Shown here piece by piece: positions 33,064 through 45,300 of a DNA stretch of 64,000 bases. The translations under genes and the position numbers were made by a program. The stretch's first letter is position 1. The number at the start of each line of letters is the position of its first letter. The stretch comes from Candidatus Paceibacter sp. Lineage in GTDB: Bacteria; Patescibacteriota; Minisyncoccia; Phycocordibacterales; GCA-2747955. The notes under the pieces were generated by a model. That model was not told the DNA's origin, did not search any database, and saw only the letters and a program-made list of their open reading frames with translations. The stretch covers positions 568-64,567 of the forward strand of contig JABACC010000013.1 of the NCBI GenBank assembly GCA_014237915.1, read 5' to 3'.

Positions 33064-34014
33064 TTATCTTAAAATTTTTCTTATTTCATCTAAAGCTTTC
33101 TGTCCAAATCCAGATATTGATAAGATTTCATTATCTGAAGCATTTTTTACTTTTTCTAGAGTATCTAGGCCGATACTTTGGAGTTTGGAAATTATGCTTT
33201 CAGATAACGGAAAATCATCAATTTTTTTATCAATTTCTAAATCTAAAACCTCTTCGTTTATTTTTTGTTTCAAAATATTATCTTTATCTATATTTTTAAA
33301 AATATCTTCTTCTGAAAAAGGAGCTCCTGAACGAATACTAGAAATTTGTTCCAACATAATTTCAAGTGATTTATCGATAACCTCTTCCGGAGTATAAGTT
33401 CCGTCAGTTTCAACTTTTAAAATAATCTTGTTGAAGTCTGTTCTGTCGCCAACACGCATATTTTGAACATCGTAAGATACTTTTCTAATTGGAGTGAAAG
33501 CAGTATCCATTATAATTTTACCGGGTTGAACTTTTTCTTTTTGAATGTCTTCCTTTGCAACGTACCCTAGTCCTTTTGAGACCACAATTTCCATTTCTAT
33601 TTCTTTTGCTTTGTCGGTAATTTCACATAAATAATTCTCAGGGTTAATTATTTCAACTTGAGTAGGAATTTCTATGTCTTTTGAATAAATTTTTCCTGAA
33701 GCACTTTTTTTAAGAGTTAAAACAACCTCATTTTCTTCTGTGTGTAGCTTAAAAATAGTTTTTTTAAGATTTAAAACAATATTTATAACATCTTCAAAAA
33801 CTCCGCTAATTGTAGAAAATTCATGATCGACTCCTTTTATTTTTACAGAGGTGACTGCTGTTCCAGAAATTGATGATAAAATTATTCTTCTAAGTGAATT
33901 TCCTAAGGTGTGTCCATATCCTGGGTAAAGATTTTCTATTTTAAATTCTGCCCTGTTTCCTTCCTCAGAAACTTTTTCTATTTTTTTTGGTAATATTATA
34001 TTTTTCTCAAGCAT
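33064..34014 (-). CDS. rpoA: DNA-directed RNA polymerase alpha subunit
   Basis: [33 protein letters not shown]. C-terminal domain [14 protein letters not shown]. Confidence 0.9.
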   Translation of the reverse strand: [316 protein letters not shown]

Positions 34015-34056
34015 ATTTTTTTTATTATTTTTTAATAATTTATTTTATTTAAATTT

Positions 34057-34665
34057 TTATCTAGTATAAAATTCAATAATTTTTTTGAAATCAAAATAAG
34101 GTGATATTAATTCGTAATTTGGTTTTTCTATAACACTCCCAGAAATATTTTTTTTATCAAAACTTAACCATTTTGGAATTTCTGGAGAGTTTAAATTTTT
34201 AACATTTTCATATATTTTACTTTTTTCACTTCCCTCTTTAAAGTTAACAATGTCTCCGATTTTAACTTGATAAGAAGGAACATTTAGTACTCTTCCATTA
34301 ACCTTTATGTGTTTATGAGTTACCATTTGTCTAGCCATAGCTCTTGTTTTTGCAAACCCTAATCTGTAAATAACATTGTCTAACCTTGCTTCTATTGACT
34401 GAGATAATTTTTCCAAAGTATTAATATCTGAAGCCAACGATTTGTTTACATACCCAGAAAGAGCTTTTTCTTTTAAACCATAGGAAAATCTTAATTTTTG
34501 CTTTTCTAACAATTTTTTTCCATAATCTGACAAAGGCCTTGGTCTCTTTAGTTTTCTATTCATTCTTCTTTTTTGTTCAGATAAAGAAAAACGTGTACCT
34601 CCACATTTTTCATATAATCCTGAGCCGTATTTTCTGCAAAATTTAAACTTTTTTATTTTTGTCAT
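34057..34665 (-). CDS. rpsD: Ribosomal protein S4
   Basis: LLEKQKLRFSYGLKEKA...RLDNVIYRLGFAKTRAMARQMVTHKHIKVNGR...IIEFYTR. Confidence 0.9.
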   Translation of the reverse strand: MTKIKKFKFCRKYGSGLYEKCGGTRFSLSEQKRRMNRKLKRPRPLSDYGKKLLEKQKLRFSYGLKEKALSGYVNKSLASDINTLEKLSQSIEARLDNVIYRLGFAKTRAMARQMVTHKHIKVNGRVLNVPSYQVKIGDIVNFKEGSEKSKIYENVKNLNSPEIPKWLSFDKKNISGSVIEKPNYELISPYFDFKKIIEFYTR

Positions 34666-34685
34666 ATTTTTATTAATAAATTAAA

Positions 34686-35123
34686 CTAAACTCTTCTTGG
34701 CTTCCTTTTTCTGACACCATTATGAGGAATAGGTGTCACATCTTTAATTTCTGAGATATCAATTCCTTTTGAAATAAAACCTCTTATGGCTGACTCTCTT
34801 CCTTGCCCCACACCTTTTACTTTAATATCGACATTCCTAACTCCTACCCCGTAAGCTTGCTCACCTATTAGTTCTCCTGCTTTTGCTGCAGCAAAAGCAG
34901 TTCCTTTTTTTGCCCCTTTAAAACCTAAAGATCCTGCAGATGATGCAAAAACCAAATTGCCTTCAAAATCCATAAAAGAAACCCGTGTATTATTGTAAGT
35001 TGATTCAACATTTAAAACTCCAGAATCATATTTTTTCTTCTTTGAAGCTTTAGAAAGAGCTCTGTTTTTTAAAGCGGAATTTTTGTTATTATTTGTTTTT
35101 GTAATAATTCTTTTTTTACCCAT
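34686..35123 (-). CDS. rpsK: Ribosomal protein S11
   Basis: NTRVSFMDFEGNLVFASSAGSLGFKGAKKGTAFAAA...IKVKGVGQGRESAIRG...TPIPHNGVRKRKPRRV. Confidence 0.9.
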   Translation of the reverse strand: MGKKRIITKTNNNKNSALKNRALSKASKKKKYDSGVLNVESTYNNTRVSFMDFEGNLVFASSAGSLGFKGAKKGTAFAAAKAGELIGEQAYGVGVRNVDIKVKGVGQGRESAIRGFISKGIDISEIKDVTPIPHNGVRKRKPRRV

Positions 35124-35129
35124 TTTATT

Positions 35130-35507
35130 TTATTTTTTACTAACAGTTATTTTTCCTGATCCCATGGTTTTTTTAGCACCTTTCAGAGTTCTTGAGTTGG
35201 TTTTTGTTCTCTGTCCTCTTGATGGTAATCTTTTAGAATGTCTTGTTCCTCTGTATGTCCCTGAATCTATTAATCTTTTTATATCTCCTGCTTTTTCTCT
35301 TTTTAAAACACCTTCTGTTTTTTCAGATTCAATTTTTCCCCTAATTAAATTCTCTTCTTCTTCTTTAATATCTTTGGTTTTTATTGAAAAATCTATTTTT
35401 AGTTCTTCTAAAATTTTTTTAGCTTTAGAAATTCCAATTCCATAAACAGCTGTTAATGCTACATCAATTCTTTTATTATTATTTAATGTTATACCTGATA
35501 TTCTCAT
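35130..35507 (-). CDS. rpsM: Ribosomal protein S13
   Basis: MRISGITLNNNKRIDVALTAVYGIG...YRGTRHSKRLPSRGQRTKTNSRT. Confidence 0.9.
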   Translation of the reverse strand: MRISGITLNNNKRIDVALTAVYGIGISKAKKILEELKIDFSIKTKDIKEEEENLIRGKIESEKTEGVLKREKAGDIKRLIDSGTYRGTRHSKRLPSRGQRTKTNSRTLKGAKKTMGSGKITVSKK

Positions 35508-35524
35508 AAAATTTTTAATTAAAA

Positions 35525-35641
35525 TTATCCTTGTCTTTGTTTATGTCTTGGATTTTTTTTACATACAACAAAAAGTTTTCCAGATCTTTTAACCTTTTTA
35601 CAGTTTACACAAATTTTTTTTACTGAAGATTTAACTTTCAT
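35525..35641 (-). CDS. rpmJ: Ribosomal protein L36 (38 aa; the longer track ORF overcalls the N-terminus)
   Basis: [38 protein letters not shown]. Confidence 0.85.
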   Translation of the reverse strand: MKVKSSVKKICVNCKKVKRSGKLFVVCKKNPRHKQRQG

Positions 35642-35651
35642 AAAATTATAA

Positions 35652-35867
35652 TTATAATCTTTTGACAATTTTTCCTCTTCCCCCATAAGGATCAGAGTCA
35701 ATTTCAACCTTATCACCCACCAAAATTCTTATCCTGTGGTATCTCATTTTTCCAGCAAGAGAAACGATTTCTTCATTTTCCTCATCATCAAAAAAAGATA
35801 TCTTAAAAAGAGTATTAGGTAATGCTTCTCTAACAATGGCTTTTTTAAACTCTTTTTTCTCTGACAT
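35652..35867 (-). CDS. infA: Translation initiation factor IF-1
   Basis: [14 protein letters not shown]...[36 protein letters not shown]. Confidence 0.9.
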   Translation of the reverse strand: MSEKKEFKKAIVREALPNTLFKISFFDDEENEEIVSLAGKMRYHRIRILVGDKVEIDSDPYGGRGKIVKRL

Positions 35868-35917
35868 ACAAACAATTGGCAGTATTATATCAAATTGAAA
35901 TTTGAACGCAAGATTTT

Positions 35918-38596
35918 TTAAGATATTTTTTCAGTTATTTTTTTAGATTTTAATTCTATTTTTCTTCTTGTTTTATCTTTAAAATCAAAAACAAAATCAT
36001 TGGTAAAATCTACCTTAAAAGTTCCTCCATTTTGAATATTTTTTTTAATTAAAATATCTGAAAGTGGATTTAAAATTTTTTCCTCAATTTTTCTCTTAAG
36101 TGGTCTAGCTCCATATTCTGGATCATAACCATCTTTTGTTAATTGAGAAAGTACTTTTTTAGACAAAACTAAATTAATATCTTTAGTTGATAATCTTTTT
36201 TTTATAATATTTATTTGAATATTTATAATTTCTTCTAAATTTTCATTACTTAGAGAATCAAAAATTATTATTTCGTCTAATCTGTTTAAAAATTCTGGTT
36301 TAAAATAATTTTTAACAGATTCTTTTAATTTCTCCTTAATGGAATTATATTTTTCATTTTCTTCTTTCTCGCTCACAAAGCCGATATTTTGCATTTTTTC
36401 TACAAATTCAGACCCAATATTTGAAGTCAAGATAATTATTGTATTTTTAAAATTAACAATTCTTCCTCTTGAGTCTGTTAAGTTTCCGTTATCTAAAACT
36501 TGGAGTAAAATATTTAAAATTTCAGGATGAGCCTTTTCTACCTCATCAAATAAAACCACAGAATAAGGTCTGTGTCTTACTTTTTCTGTAAGACCTCCTG
36601 CGTTTTCATAACCAACATATCCCGGAGGAGATCCAATTAATTTTGATACAGAATGAGATTCCATTAATTCAGACATGTCTACACGAATAAGAGCATTTTC
36701 ATCGTCAAACATAAAATCTGTTAATTTTTTTGTAAGCTCAGTTTTTCCAACTCCTGTTGGGCCTAAAAAAAGAAATGATCCTAAGGGTTTATCAGGATCG
36801 CTTATTCCTGCCCTAGATCTTTTTACAGCAAAAGATATTTTTTTTATAGCTTCGTCTTGACCTACAATGTTTTTTTTCAAAAAATTTTCTATATTTGATA
36901 ATTTCTCAACTTCAGTTTTTAACATATTTGTAACTGGAATACCTGTCCAACGAGATACAACTCCAGCAATTTCTTCTGCTCCAACCTCCCCTTTTAAAAA
37001 TTTTCTATTTTTCTGAATTTTTCCCAATTCTTTATTTTTTTGCAGAAGTTCTTTTTCTAGAACAGGAATTTGTATGTATCTTATTTCTGCTGCTTGAGAT
37101 AAATCTGCTGAACTTTCAGCAATCTCAGCCTCTTTTTTTAAATTATCTAATTTTGTTTTTATTTCTTTTATTGTTAACAAAATTTCTTTTTCATTTTTCC
37201 ACCTAACTTCCATTTCCAGAAATTCTTCTTTTAAATCTTCAACTTTTTTTTCTATTTTTTTGAATCTTTTTTTATCTTCCGAAGAAGTATTGTTTTCGAT
37301 AGCTTTTTTTTCTATTTCTAAATGTAAAATTTCTCTATCTTTTTTTTCTAATTCTTCTGGTTTGTCATCAAGAGAAATTGACATGGCCGAAGAAGCTTCG
37401 TCGATAAGGTCGATGGCTTTGTCTGGTAAATGTCTGTCTGTTAAATACCTAGAGGATAAGTCGACTGCCGAAGAAAGTGCTTCGTCGGTAATTTTAATTC
37501 CATGAAAAAGCTCGTATTTTTCTTTAATACCTCTTAAAATTGTAATGGCATTTGGCCTTGATGGTTCGGATACAGAAATGAGTTGAAATCTTCTTGTTAA
37601 GGCAGGGTCTTTTTCAATATATTTTTGATATTCAGAAAAAGTTGTTGCTCCAACTATTTTAACTTCCCCTCTAGCAAGAGCTGGTTTTAGAAGATTTGAA
37701 GCATCCATGGCTCCTTCAGAATTTCCAGCACCTACCACATTGTGAAGTTCATCAATAAATAAAATAACTTTTCCTTCTGAGCTTTCAACTTCTTTTAAAA
37801 CATTTTTTAATCTTTCTTCAAATTCTCCTCTAAATTTTGTTCCCGCTACCAAAAGACCCATATCTAGAGAAAAAACTTGTTTTTCTTTTATTGAGTCTGG
37901 GACTTCTCCAGAAACTATTTTAGAAGCCAACCCTTCAGCTATTGCAGTTTTTCCAACACCGGCCTCCCCTACTAAAACTGGATTGTTTTTTGTTCTTCTG
38001 GATAAAATCTGAATTACTCTTTTTATTTCTTCATCTCTTCCGATTATTGGATCAAGTTTGTTTGCTGAAGCCAGCTCAGTTAAATTTTTTGTAAATTTTG
38101 TTAAATTTTTATAACTTTTTTTGGTTTTTGAATTTTTTCTTTCCTCTTTAATTTCTGATAAAAAACTTAAAACTTTTTTTATATTTACATCAAAATTTCT
38201 TAATATTTCTTTAATGTTTGGGTCCTTACTTTCCAAAACTGCTAAAAAAATATGATCGGTGGAGATAAAATTATCACCCATTGTTTTTGAAATCTTAAAA
38301 GAATTTTCTAAAATTTTTTGTAACTCTGGAGTGATATACATCTGATAAGATGGAGAAAGTGTTTCTGATTTTTCATTAGTTTCACTTTCTATAACATCAA
38401 AAACAACATCTGTTAATAAGTTAAAATCGATTTTTAATTTTTCAAAAACAGAAATTGCAATAGAATCTTCCTGTACTAAAATAGCAGCGAAAACATGTGC
38501 TGGAGTTATGTGTGATTGGCCACGCTCAATAGCAAGCTCGTGGGCTTTTTTAATAACATTTTTTGCTTTGGTTGTTAAATTTTTTAAAGGTGGCAT
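35918..38596 (-). CDS. clpB: ClpB-type AAA+ disaggregase chaperone (two AAA modules, long coiled-coil middle domain)
   Basis: Clp_N repeats. Walker A in both modules: [15 protein letters not shown] and [15 protein letters not shown] ~115-aa coiled-coil M-domain sits between them. Confidence 0.85.
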   Translation of the reverse strand: MPPLKNLTTKAKNVIKKAHELAIERGQSHITPAHVFAAILVQEDSIAISVFEKLKIDFNLLTDVVFDVIESETNEKSETLSPSYQMYITPELQKILENSFKISKTMGDNFISTDHIFLAVLESKDPNIKEILRNFDVNIKKVLSFLSEIKEERKNSKTKKSYKNLTKFTKNLTELASANKLDPIIGRDEEIKRVIQILSRRTKNNPVLVGEAGVGKTAIAEGLASKIVSGEVPDSIKEKQVFSLDMGLLVAGTKFRGEFEERLKNVLKEVESSEGKVILFIDELHNVVGAGNSEGAMDASNLLKPALARGEVKIVGATTFSEYQKYIEKDPALTRRFQLISVSEPSRPNAITILRGIKEKYELFHGIKITDEALSSAVDLSSRYLTDRHLPDKAIDLIDEASSAMSISLDDKPEELEKKDREILHLEIEKKAIENNTSSEDKKRFKKIEKKVEDLKEEFLEMEVRWKNEKEILLTIKEIKTKLDNLKKEAEIAESSADLSQAAEIRYIQIPVLEKELLQKNKELGKIQKNRKFLKGEVGAEEIAGVVSRWTGIPVTNMLKTEVEKLSNIENFLKKNIVGQDEAIKKISFAVKRSRAGISDPDKPLGSFLFLGPTGVGKTELTKKLTDFMFDDENALIRVDMSELMESHSVSKLIGSPPGYVGYENAGGLTEKVRHRPYSVVLFDEVEKAHPEILNILLQVLDNGNLTDSRGRIVNFKNTIIILTSNIGSEFVEKMQNIGFVSEKEENEKYNSIKEKLKESVKNYFKPEFLNRLDEIIIFDSLSNENLEEIINIQINIIKKRLSTKDINLVLSKKVLSQLTKDGYDPEYGARPLKRKIEEKILNPLSDILIKKNIQNGGTFKVDFTNDFVFDFKDKTRRKIELKSKKITEKIS

Positions 38597-38631
38597 TACA
38601 GAAAGATTATAACAGATTTTTTAAAAAAATC

Positions 38632-41600
38632 TTAGAATTCTTTTCTTAACTCTTTTTCTTCCATTTTTTTATTATATTCTTCTTGAAGTTTTTGAATTTT
38701 TTTGAATTTTTTTGAATTTTCAAAACCAGATCCAGCAGGAATTAATCTTCCGATAATAACATTTTCTTTAAGGCCTTCAAGATTATCTCGAGCCCCTTTT
38801 AATGAAGAGTTTATTAGCATTTTAATAGTGTATTGGAAAGAAGCAGAGGAAAGAAATGATTTTCTAGAAAGAGAAACTTCTGTAATTCCTAAAATAAGAA
38901 TTTCTGATTCAATAAGATTTTTACCTTCGGTTTTTAAGTTTTTATTAACTTCTTCAATTTCTTTGTTTTCAATAATATCTCCAATCAAAAATTGAGAATC
39001 TCCAGGGTTTATTATTTTTGATCTTGAAAACATTTGTTTGATAACAACCTCTATGTGTTTTCTAGAAACTGATGATCCTTGAAGTTCATATATTTTTACA
39101 GATTCAGAAATAATGTAATCTTGAGTTTTAATAATTCCTGCATATTTTAATAATTCTTCAGTATTTGCAGATCCATCTGTTAAAATATCTCCTTTTTTTA
39201 TAATATCTCCTTTTTTAAAGATAGGTGTTCTTAAGTAAGGAATTGAGTACTCAGCTTCTCCTTCTTTTTTGTCTTCAGATAAGATTTTTAAAATTTTCTT
39301 CTTTCCATCTTCCTCTATTGATAAAATTTCTCCATCTGATTTTGAAATAACAGCTGGTACCTTTGGTTTTCTTTTTTCAAAAATTTCCTCAACACGTGGA
39401 AGACCCATAGTAATATCTCCTTGCTCTGATGAAACTCCTCCTGAGTGAAAAGTACGCATGGTAAGCTGAGTTCCTGGTTCTCCAATAGCTTGAGCTGCGA
39501 TAGTTCCGACTGTTTCCCCTAAATCAACAACGTCATCTCCACTCATGTCAATTCCGTAACATTTTTGACAAATTCCAGTTCCTGTTTTACACAAAGCGGG
39601 AGATCTCACAAAAACTTCTTCAATTCCAAGTTCCTCTATATCCAAAGCATCTTTTGGAATAAGGAAATGTCCTTTTTTATATAAAACATTTTCCTTAAGA
39701 TCTTTAATGTCTTCTGCTAAAAACCTTCCTTTAATATTCTTAGCTAATGAAAGGCCTATTCCGCTTTTGTCTGTAAAAACCCTTATTGATTCTTTTGTTT
39801 TACAGTCTTCTTCTCGAATTAAAACATCTTGACAAACATCAAATAATTTTCTTGTCAAATAACCAGCCTTTGCTGTGTTTAAAGCAGTGTCAGAAAGACC
39901 TTTTCTTGATCCATGGGTTGTAATAAAATACTCTAAAGGGTTTAAGCCTTCCTTTGCTGAAGATTTTACAGGAGATTCAATGTCTTCATTTAAAACATTT
40001 AAAACAATTCCTTTCATTCCCGCCATCGTTGAAAGGTTACCTTTTTTACCACGAGCTCCAGAACTAATAATGTCTGAAACAGAAGAATTTTCTTTCATAC
40101 TTTTTGAAATTTCTTCGTCTACTTTAGCCTTTGTTTCATACCAAATTTGTACATTTTTTCTTTTTCTTTCTTCTTTTGTAATTAGTCCCTCATTGTAATG
40201 GTTCCAAATTTCTGCAATTTTTTCTTCCCCTTCTTTTATAAAGATCGGTTTTTTTTCTGGAACAACAACATCATCGTTCCCCCAAGTTATTCCTGATTTT
40301 GTGGCGTACTTAAAGCCGAAATTTTTAATATCATCTAAAATTTTAGGGATTCCTTCAAGACCGTATTGAACAACAAGGTCTTCTTCTAATTCCAAAACAT
40401 TTTTCAAATTCATTATTTCATTTACAAAAGAATAATCGCTTGGAAGATACGAATTAAAAAATAGTCTACCAACAGTAGTTTCAAAAAGAGTATTTTGATA
40501 TTTTTTATATTTATCTGTTTCTGTCCCCAAAACTTTTATCTTGGCTCTAAAATCAATAATTCCAAATTCATAAGCGTTTATAGCATCGTTTGGTGAAGAA
40601 AAAATCTTTCCTTCTCCTTTAGCTTTATCTAAAATTTTTGTTGACCAGTAAGTTCCTAGAACAATATCTAGTCTGGAAGAAATTACTAAGTCACCATTTC
40701 CAGGTTTAAGAGGATTTTCTCTTGCAGAAATAATGGTTTTTGCTTCATCTTGAGCTTCAAGAGAAATTGGAAGATGTACAGACATTGTGTCTCCATCAAA
40801 GTCGGCATTAAATCCAGTACAAACAAGCGGGTGTATTCTAATTGATTGCCCTTCTGTTAAGATCGGTTTGAAAGCTAAAATTCCTAATTTATGCAAAGTT
40901 GGGGCTCTGTTTAATAAAACATATTTTCCTTCAATAACTTCCTCAAGATAAGCCCAGACAACATCGTCTCCATCGTCTATCATTTTTCCAGCAATTTTTA
41001 TATTATGTGCAAACTCATTTTCAATTAATTTTGAAATTATAAAAGGTCTGAAAAGTTCAAGGGCCATATGTTTTGGAATACCACACTCATCAATATTTAA
41101 TTCAGGTCCAACAACGATGACAGAACGAGCAGAATAGTCAACTCTTTTTCCTAAAAGATTTTGTCTAAAAATTCCTTGCTTTCCTTTTATGTTATCTGAT
41201 AACGATTTTAATGGTCTTCTTTGAGCTTTAGACATTGCAGCAGAAGCAGTGTTGTGACGCATATTATTGTCAATAAGAGCATCCACAGCTTCTTGTAAAA
41301 TTCTTTTTTCATTTCTTAAAATAACATCCGGAGCATTTATCTCAATAAGTCTTTTTAAACGATTATTTCTATTTAAAACTCTTCTGTATAAATCATTTAA
41401 ATCTGAAGATGCGTGCCTTCCAGACCCAAGTGAAACAATTGGTCTTAAAGCTGGTGGAATAACTGGGATTTTAGTCAAAAACATCCATTCTGGTTTAACC
41501 TCAGATTTTATTAATTGTTTAATATAAGTTAGTCTTTTTAAAATTTTTGTTCTTTCTACTTGAGTTGCTTCTCTTGAAGTTTCTTCTAGCTCTTTTTCTA

Positions 41601-42288
41601 TTTTCTTTAAATCTAGTTTTTTACAAATTTCATAAATTGCATCAGCTCCTATTTCTGCCTCAAAAAGATTTTCATATTTTCTAGAAAGTTTCGCATAATT
41701 TAACTCATCAAAGATAATGTTTTCTTTTATTAAATTAATTTCTTTTTTAACTTTAGAAAAAGCTGTTTTTATTTTGTCTAAAATTTCTTCTTCATCTATA
41801 TTTTCTACTTTTTTCTTATACTCAGATTCCAACTCAATTAAAATTTCTTTTTTCTTTTTCTCATCAACTTTTGTAACAATATAGGAAGAAAAATAAATAA
41901 CTTTTTCAAGTTCAGAAACTGGAATACTTAAAATAGTAGCAAGTCTAGACGGAATAGATCTTAAATACCAAATATGAGAAACTGGTGTGGCAAGCTCAAT
42001 GTGACCCATTCTTCTTCTTCTTACAATTGCTTTTGTGATTTCTACTCCGCATTTTTCACAAATTATTCCTTTGTATCGAATACCCTTATATTTCCCACAA
42101 TAACACTCATAATCTTTTTCAGGTCCAAAAACTCTTTCATCAAAAAGACCTCCTTTCTCACTTTTTTGAGTTCTATAATTTATTGTTTCTGGTCTTAGAA
42201 TTTCTCCAGAAGACCAAGACTCAATGTCTTCAGGTGAGGCTAATTTTATTTCTAGAAAATCGAAATTTTTAAATTTTAATTCTTTCAT
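38632..42288 (-). CDS. rpoC: DNA-directed RNA polymerase beta' subunit
   Basis: N-terminal Zn-binding CYCGKYKGIRYKGIICEKCG. Catalytic NADFDGD. Confidence 0.95.
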   Translation of the reverse strand: MKELKFKNFDFLEIKLASPEDIESWSSGEILRPETINYRTQKSEKGGLFDERVFGPEKDYECYCGKYKGIRYKGIICEKCGVEITKAIVRRRRMGHIELATPVSHIWYLRSIPSRLATILSIPVSELEKVIYFSSYIVTKVDEKKKKEILIELESEYKKKVENIDEEEILDKIKTAFSKVKKEINLIKENIIFDELNYAKLSRKYENLFEAEIGADAIYEICKKLDLKKIEKELEETSREATQVERTKILKRLTYIKQLIKSEVKPEWMFLTKIPVIPPALRPIVSLGSGRHASSDLNDLYRRVLNRNNRLKRLIEINAPDVILRNEKRILQEAVDALIDNNMRHNTASAAMSKAQRRPLKSLSDNIKGKQGIFRQNLLGKRVDYSARSVIVVGPELNIDECGIPKHMALELFRPFIISKLIENEFAHNIKIAGKMIDDGDDVVWAYLEEVIEGKYVLLNRAPTLHKLGILAFKPILTEGQSIRIHPLVCTGFNADFDGDTMSVHLPISLEAQDEAKTIISARENPLKPGNGDLVISSRLDIVLGTYWSTKILDKAKGEGKIFSSPNDAINAYEFGIIDFRAKIKVLGTETDKYKKYQNTLFETTVGRLFFNSYLPSDYSFVNEIMNLKNVLELEEDLVVQYGLEGIPKILDDIKNFGFKYATKSGITWGNDDVVVPEKKPIFIKEGEEKIAEIWNHYNEGLITKEERKRKNVQIWYETKAKVDEEISKSMKENSSVSDIISSGARGKKGNLSTMAGMKGIVLNVLNEDIESPVKSSAKEGLNPLEYFITTHGSRKGLSDTALNTAKAGYLTRKLFDVCQDVLIREEDCKTKESIRVFTDKSGIGLSLAKNIKGRFLAEDIKDLKENVLYKKGHFLIPKDALDIEELGIEEVFVRSPALCKTGTGICQKCYGIDMSGDDVVDLGETVGTIAAQAIGEPGTQLTMRTFHSGGVSSEQGDITMGLPRVEEIFEKRKPKVPAVISKSDGEILSIEEDGKKKILKILSEDKKEGEAEYSIPYLRTPIFKKGDIIKKGDILTDGSANTEELLKYAGIIKTQDYIISESVKIYELQGSSVSRKHIEVVIKQMFSRSKIINPGDSQFLIGDIIENKEIEEVNKNLKTEGKNLIESEILILGITEVSLSRKSFLSSASFQYTIKMLINSSLKGARDNLEGLKENVIIGRLIPAGSGFENSKKFKKIQKLQEEYNKKMEEKELRKEF

Positions 42289-42317
42289 ACTTTTTATATT
42301 ATTATTTATTAAAATTA

Positions 42318-45300
42318 TTAATCATCATATTCATTTTCACCCATTTCTATGCTTAGAGATAATCCTCTTAAGGTTGATAACATCACATTAAAAGATTCTG
42401 GAGTATTTGGTAAAATAAAGTTTTCACCTTTAACTATAGAGTCGTACATAGCAGCTCTTCCTAAAATATCGTCTGATTTAACAGTTAATATTTCTCTTAA
42501 GGCGTAAGCTGCTCCATGGCCCAATAGAGCCCAGACTTCCATTTCTCCAAACCTTTGTCCTCCTTCTTGAGCTTTTCCACCAAGTGGTTGTTGGTTTATA
42601 AGAGAGTAAGGCCCTGTCGAACGAACATGCATTTTGTCATCAATCATATGGTGTAATTTCAAAATATACATATATCCAACAGTAACATCTTGAGAAAAAG
42701 CTTCTCCTGTGAGACCATCGTAAAGTTTTATTTTTCCTGATTCTGAAAAACCAGCTTTTTTTAATTCAGTTTTAATCTCCTCATCTGTGGCAGACGAAAA
42801 AGGAGGAACTATTGCTTGATAATTTAAAGTATTAGCAGCTAAGCCAAGATGAACTTCTAAAATTTGTCCTAAGTTCATACGCGAAGGCACACCTAACGGA
42901 GACAAAACAACATCGATAGGTTCTCCATCTTTTGTATAAGGCATATCCTCTTCTGGTAAAATCACTGAAACAACTCCTTTGTTTCCGTATCTTCCTGCCA
43001 TTTTATCTCCAACTTTTATATTTCTTAATTCAGCAACGTGAATATAAATTTTCTTTATAACTCCTGATTCTAACTCATCTCCCGAAGATCTGTCATAAGT
43101 TTTAACAGAAATAACCCTTCCTTTTTCTCCTGCTTTTAATTTTAACGATGTGTCTTTTACCTCTCTTGCTTTTTCACCAAAAATTGATCTTAAAAGTCTC
43201 TCTTCTGGGGTAAGCTGTGATTCTCCTTTTGGGGTTATTTTTCCAACTAAAATATCGCCTTTTGAAACTTCAGAGCCCACACGAATAATTCCCTCTTCGT
43301 CAAGATTTTTAATTTTTGCTTCTGAGACGTTTGGAATATCGTGGGTTGTTTGTTCTGGGCCAAGTTTTGTATCTCTTATGTCCACAATATACTCTTTAAT
43401 ATAGATATTTGTAAATTTAGATTTTTTAACAACTCTTTCGGAAATAACAATCGCATCTTCGTAATTAGAACCATAAAAAGACATAAAGGCTACTAGCATA
43501 TTTTTTCCAACAGAAATTTGACCATTTGCTGAAGATGTATTGTCGGCTAAAAGTTCCCCCTTTCTAACTTTTTGTCCCATTTTAACAGACGGTCTTTGGT
43601 GAGATAAGGAAAAGTTATTTGTTCTTGAAAAATTAATAAGTTTATGTTTTTTTGTTTTTGTTTTGTGTTTTATTTCAATTTTTTCTCCATCCACAAATAC
43701 AATTTCTCCTTCATCTTCAGCATATAAATTTCTTCCAGTATATCTTGCAGCCTTTTCTTCAATTCCAGTAGCCACAATTGGAGCCTCTGGATTTATACAA
43801 GGAACTGCTTGTCTTTGCATGTTTGAACCCATCAAAGCTCTGTTAGCTTCATTGTGCCCAACAAATGGAATCATCGATGTCGCTATAGAAAAAATTTGAT
43901 AATGAGAAATATCGATAAATTCTACCTCATTTTTTGAAACTTTTACCGGTTCTGAGCCTTTCCTAACTTCAATAATTTTTTCTTTAATTTCTCCAGTTTT
44001 TTCATCAACTTCAGCTGCATAATGAGCAATCGCGAATTTTGCTTCTTCGTAAGCATCTAAATATACAATTTCTTTTGTTACTTTTCCATTTTTTACCTTT
44101 GCGTAAGGTGTTTGAATAATTCCATACTTATTAACTTTTGCGTAAGTTGAAAGTCTTAAAATAAGACCAATATTTTGACCTTCTGGTGTTTGGATTGGGC
44201 AAACTCTTCCGTAATGTGAAGGATGGACATCTCTAACCTCAAAACCAGCTCTTTCTCGAACAAGACCTCCTGGTCCTAAGGCTGAGACTGTTCTTAAATT
44301 TTCTAATTCAGAAAGCATATTATCTTGATCCATAAATTGGGAAAGTGGATTTGTATTAAAAAATTCTTTTATTTTTGCTTCGATTGGTCTTGGGTTTATA
44401 AAATGTGATGGATTAGTTTCGGTAGTATCCACAATAGACATTCTGTCTTGAATATTTCTTTTAATTTGTAACATTCCCATTCTAAATCTTTGCTCAATAA
44501 GCTCATCAAAAAATCTTAATCTTCGAGATCCTAAATTATCAATATCATCTGGTTGAGCATCTATGTCATTATTTAAAGAAACTATTTTTTTTATAATTTC
44601 TGAAAAATCTCTAAACTCTAAAGTTTTTTCTTTTTTTGAATAGTTTGTTTTTTCTTCGGAAAAAAATCTTGAATTAAATCTAATTCTTCCAATTTCTGAA
44701 AGATCGTATCTGTCTTCTGTAAAAAGTGTGTCAATATAATTTTTAGAAACTTGAGATGTTACCATTTCCCCATCTCTTAATCTTTTGTAAATTTCTAAAT
44801 AAGAATCGTCTAGATTTAAAGCCGGGTCTTTTTTAAAAGTTTTCTCCATATATTCTCTAACGTTTTCATCTTCAAAAGAATTTATTATTTCTTCATCTTT
44901 TTTATTAGGAGCAAAAATTCTTAGAAGTGAAGAAATCGGCATTTTTCTTTTTCTATCAAGTTTCACATAAATTATATCGTTTGAATCTGATTCAATTTCA
45001 ATCCAAGACCCTCTGGCTGGAATTATTTTGGCACCAAAATTTCTTCTAACTTTTGTTTCATCAACTGTGAAAAAAATTCCGTAAGATCTGGCAAGCTGTG
45101 GAATAATAACTCTTTCAACCCCGTTAACAACAAAAGTTCCATGGTCTGTCATTTTTGGAAGATTAAACATAAAAATTTCCTCTTCTTTTTCTTCTCCGGT
45201 GGTTTTATTTAAAAGTGCAAAAGTAGCTTTAACAGAAACAAAATAAGTTCCTCTGTTTTGTTCTTTTGCATCATATTCTCCAGAATCATTTTCAATAATT

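Noticed and set aside
35642-35716. N-terminal 25 codons of the 63-aa track ORF for L36
   Set aside because: Canonical L36 is 38 aa starting MKVKSSVKK. The upstream in-frame segment overlaps the infA 3' region and is not part of rpmJ.
38686-38720. Three tandem copies of TTGAATTTTT near the rpoC 3' end
   Set aside because: They lie inside the coding sequence and encode a Lys-rich C-terminal low-complexity tail (KKFKKIQK). No independent regulatory role is evident.
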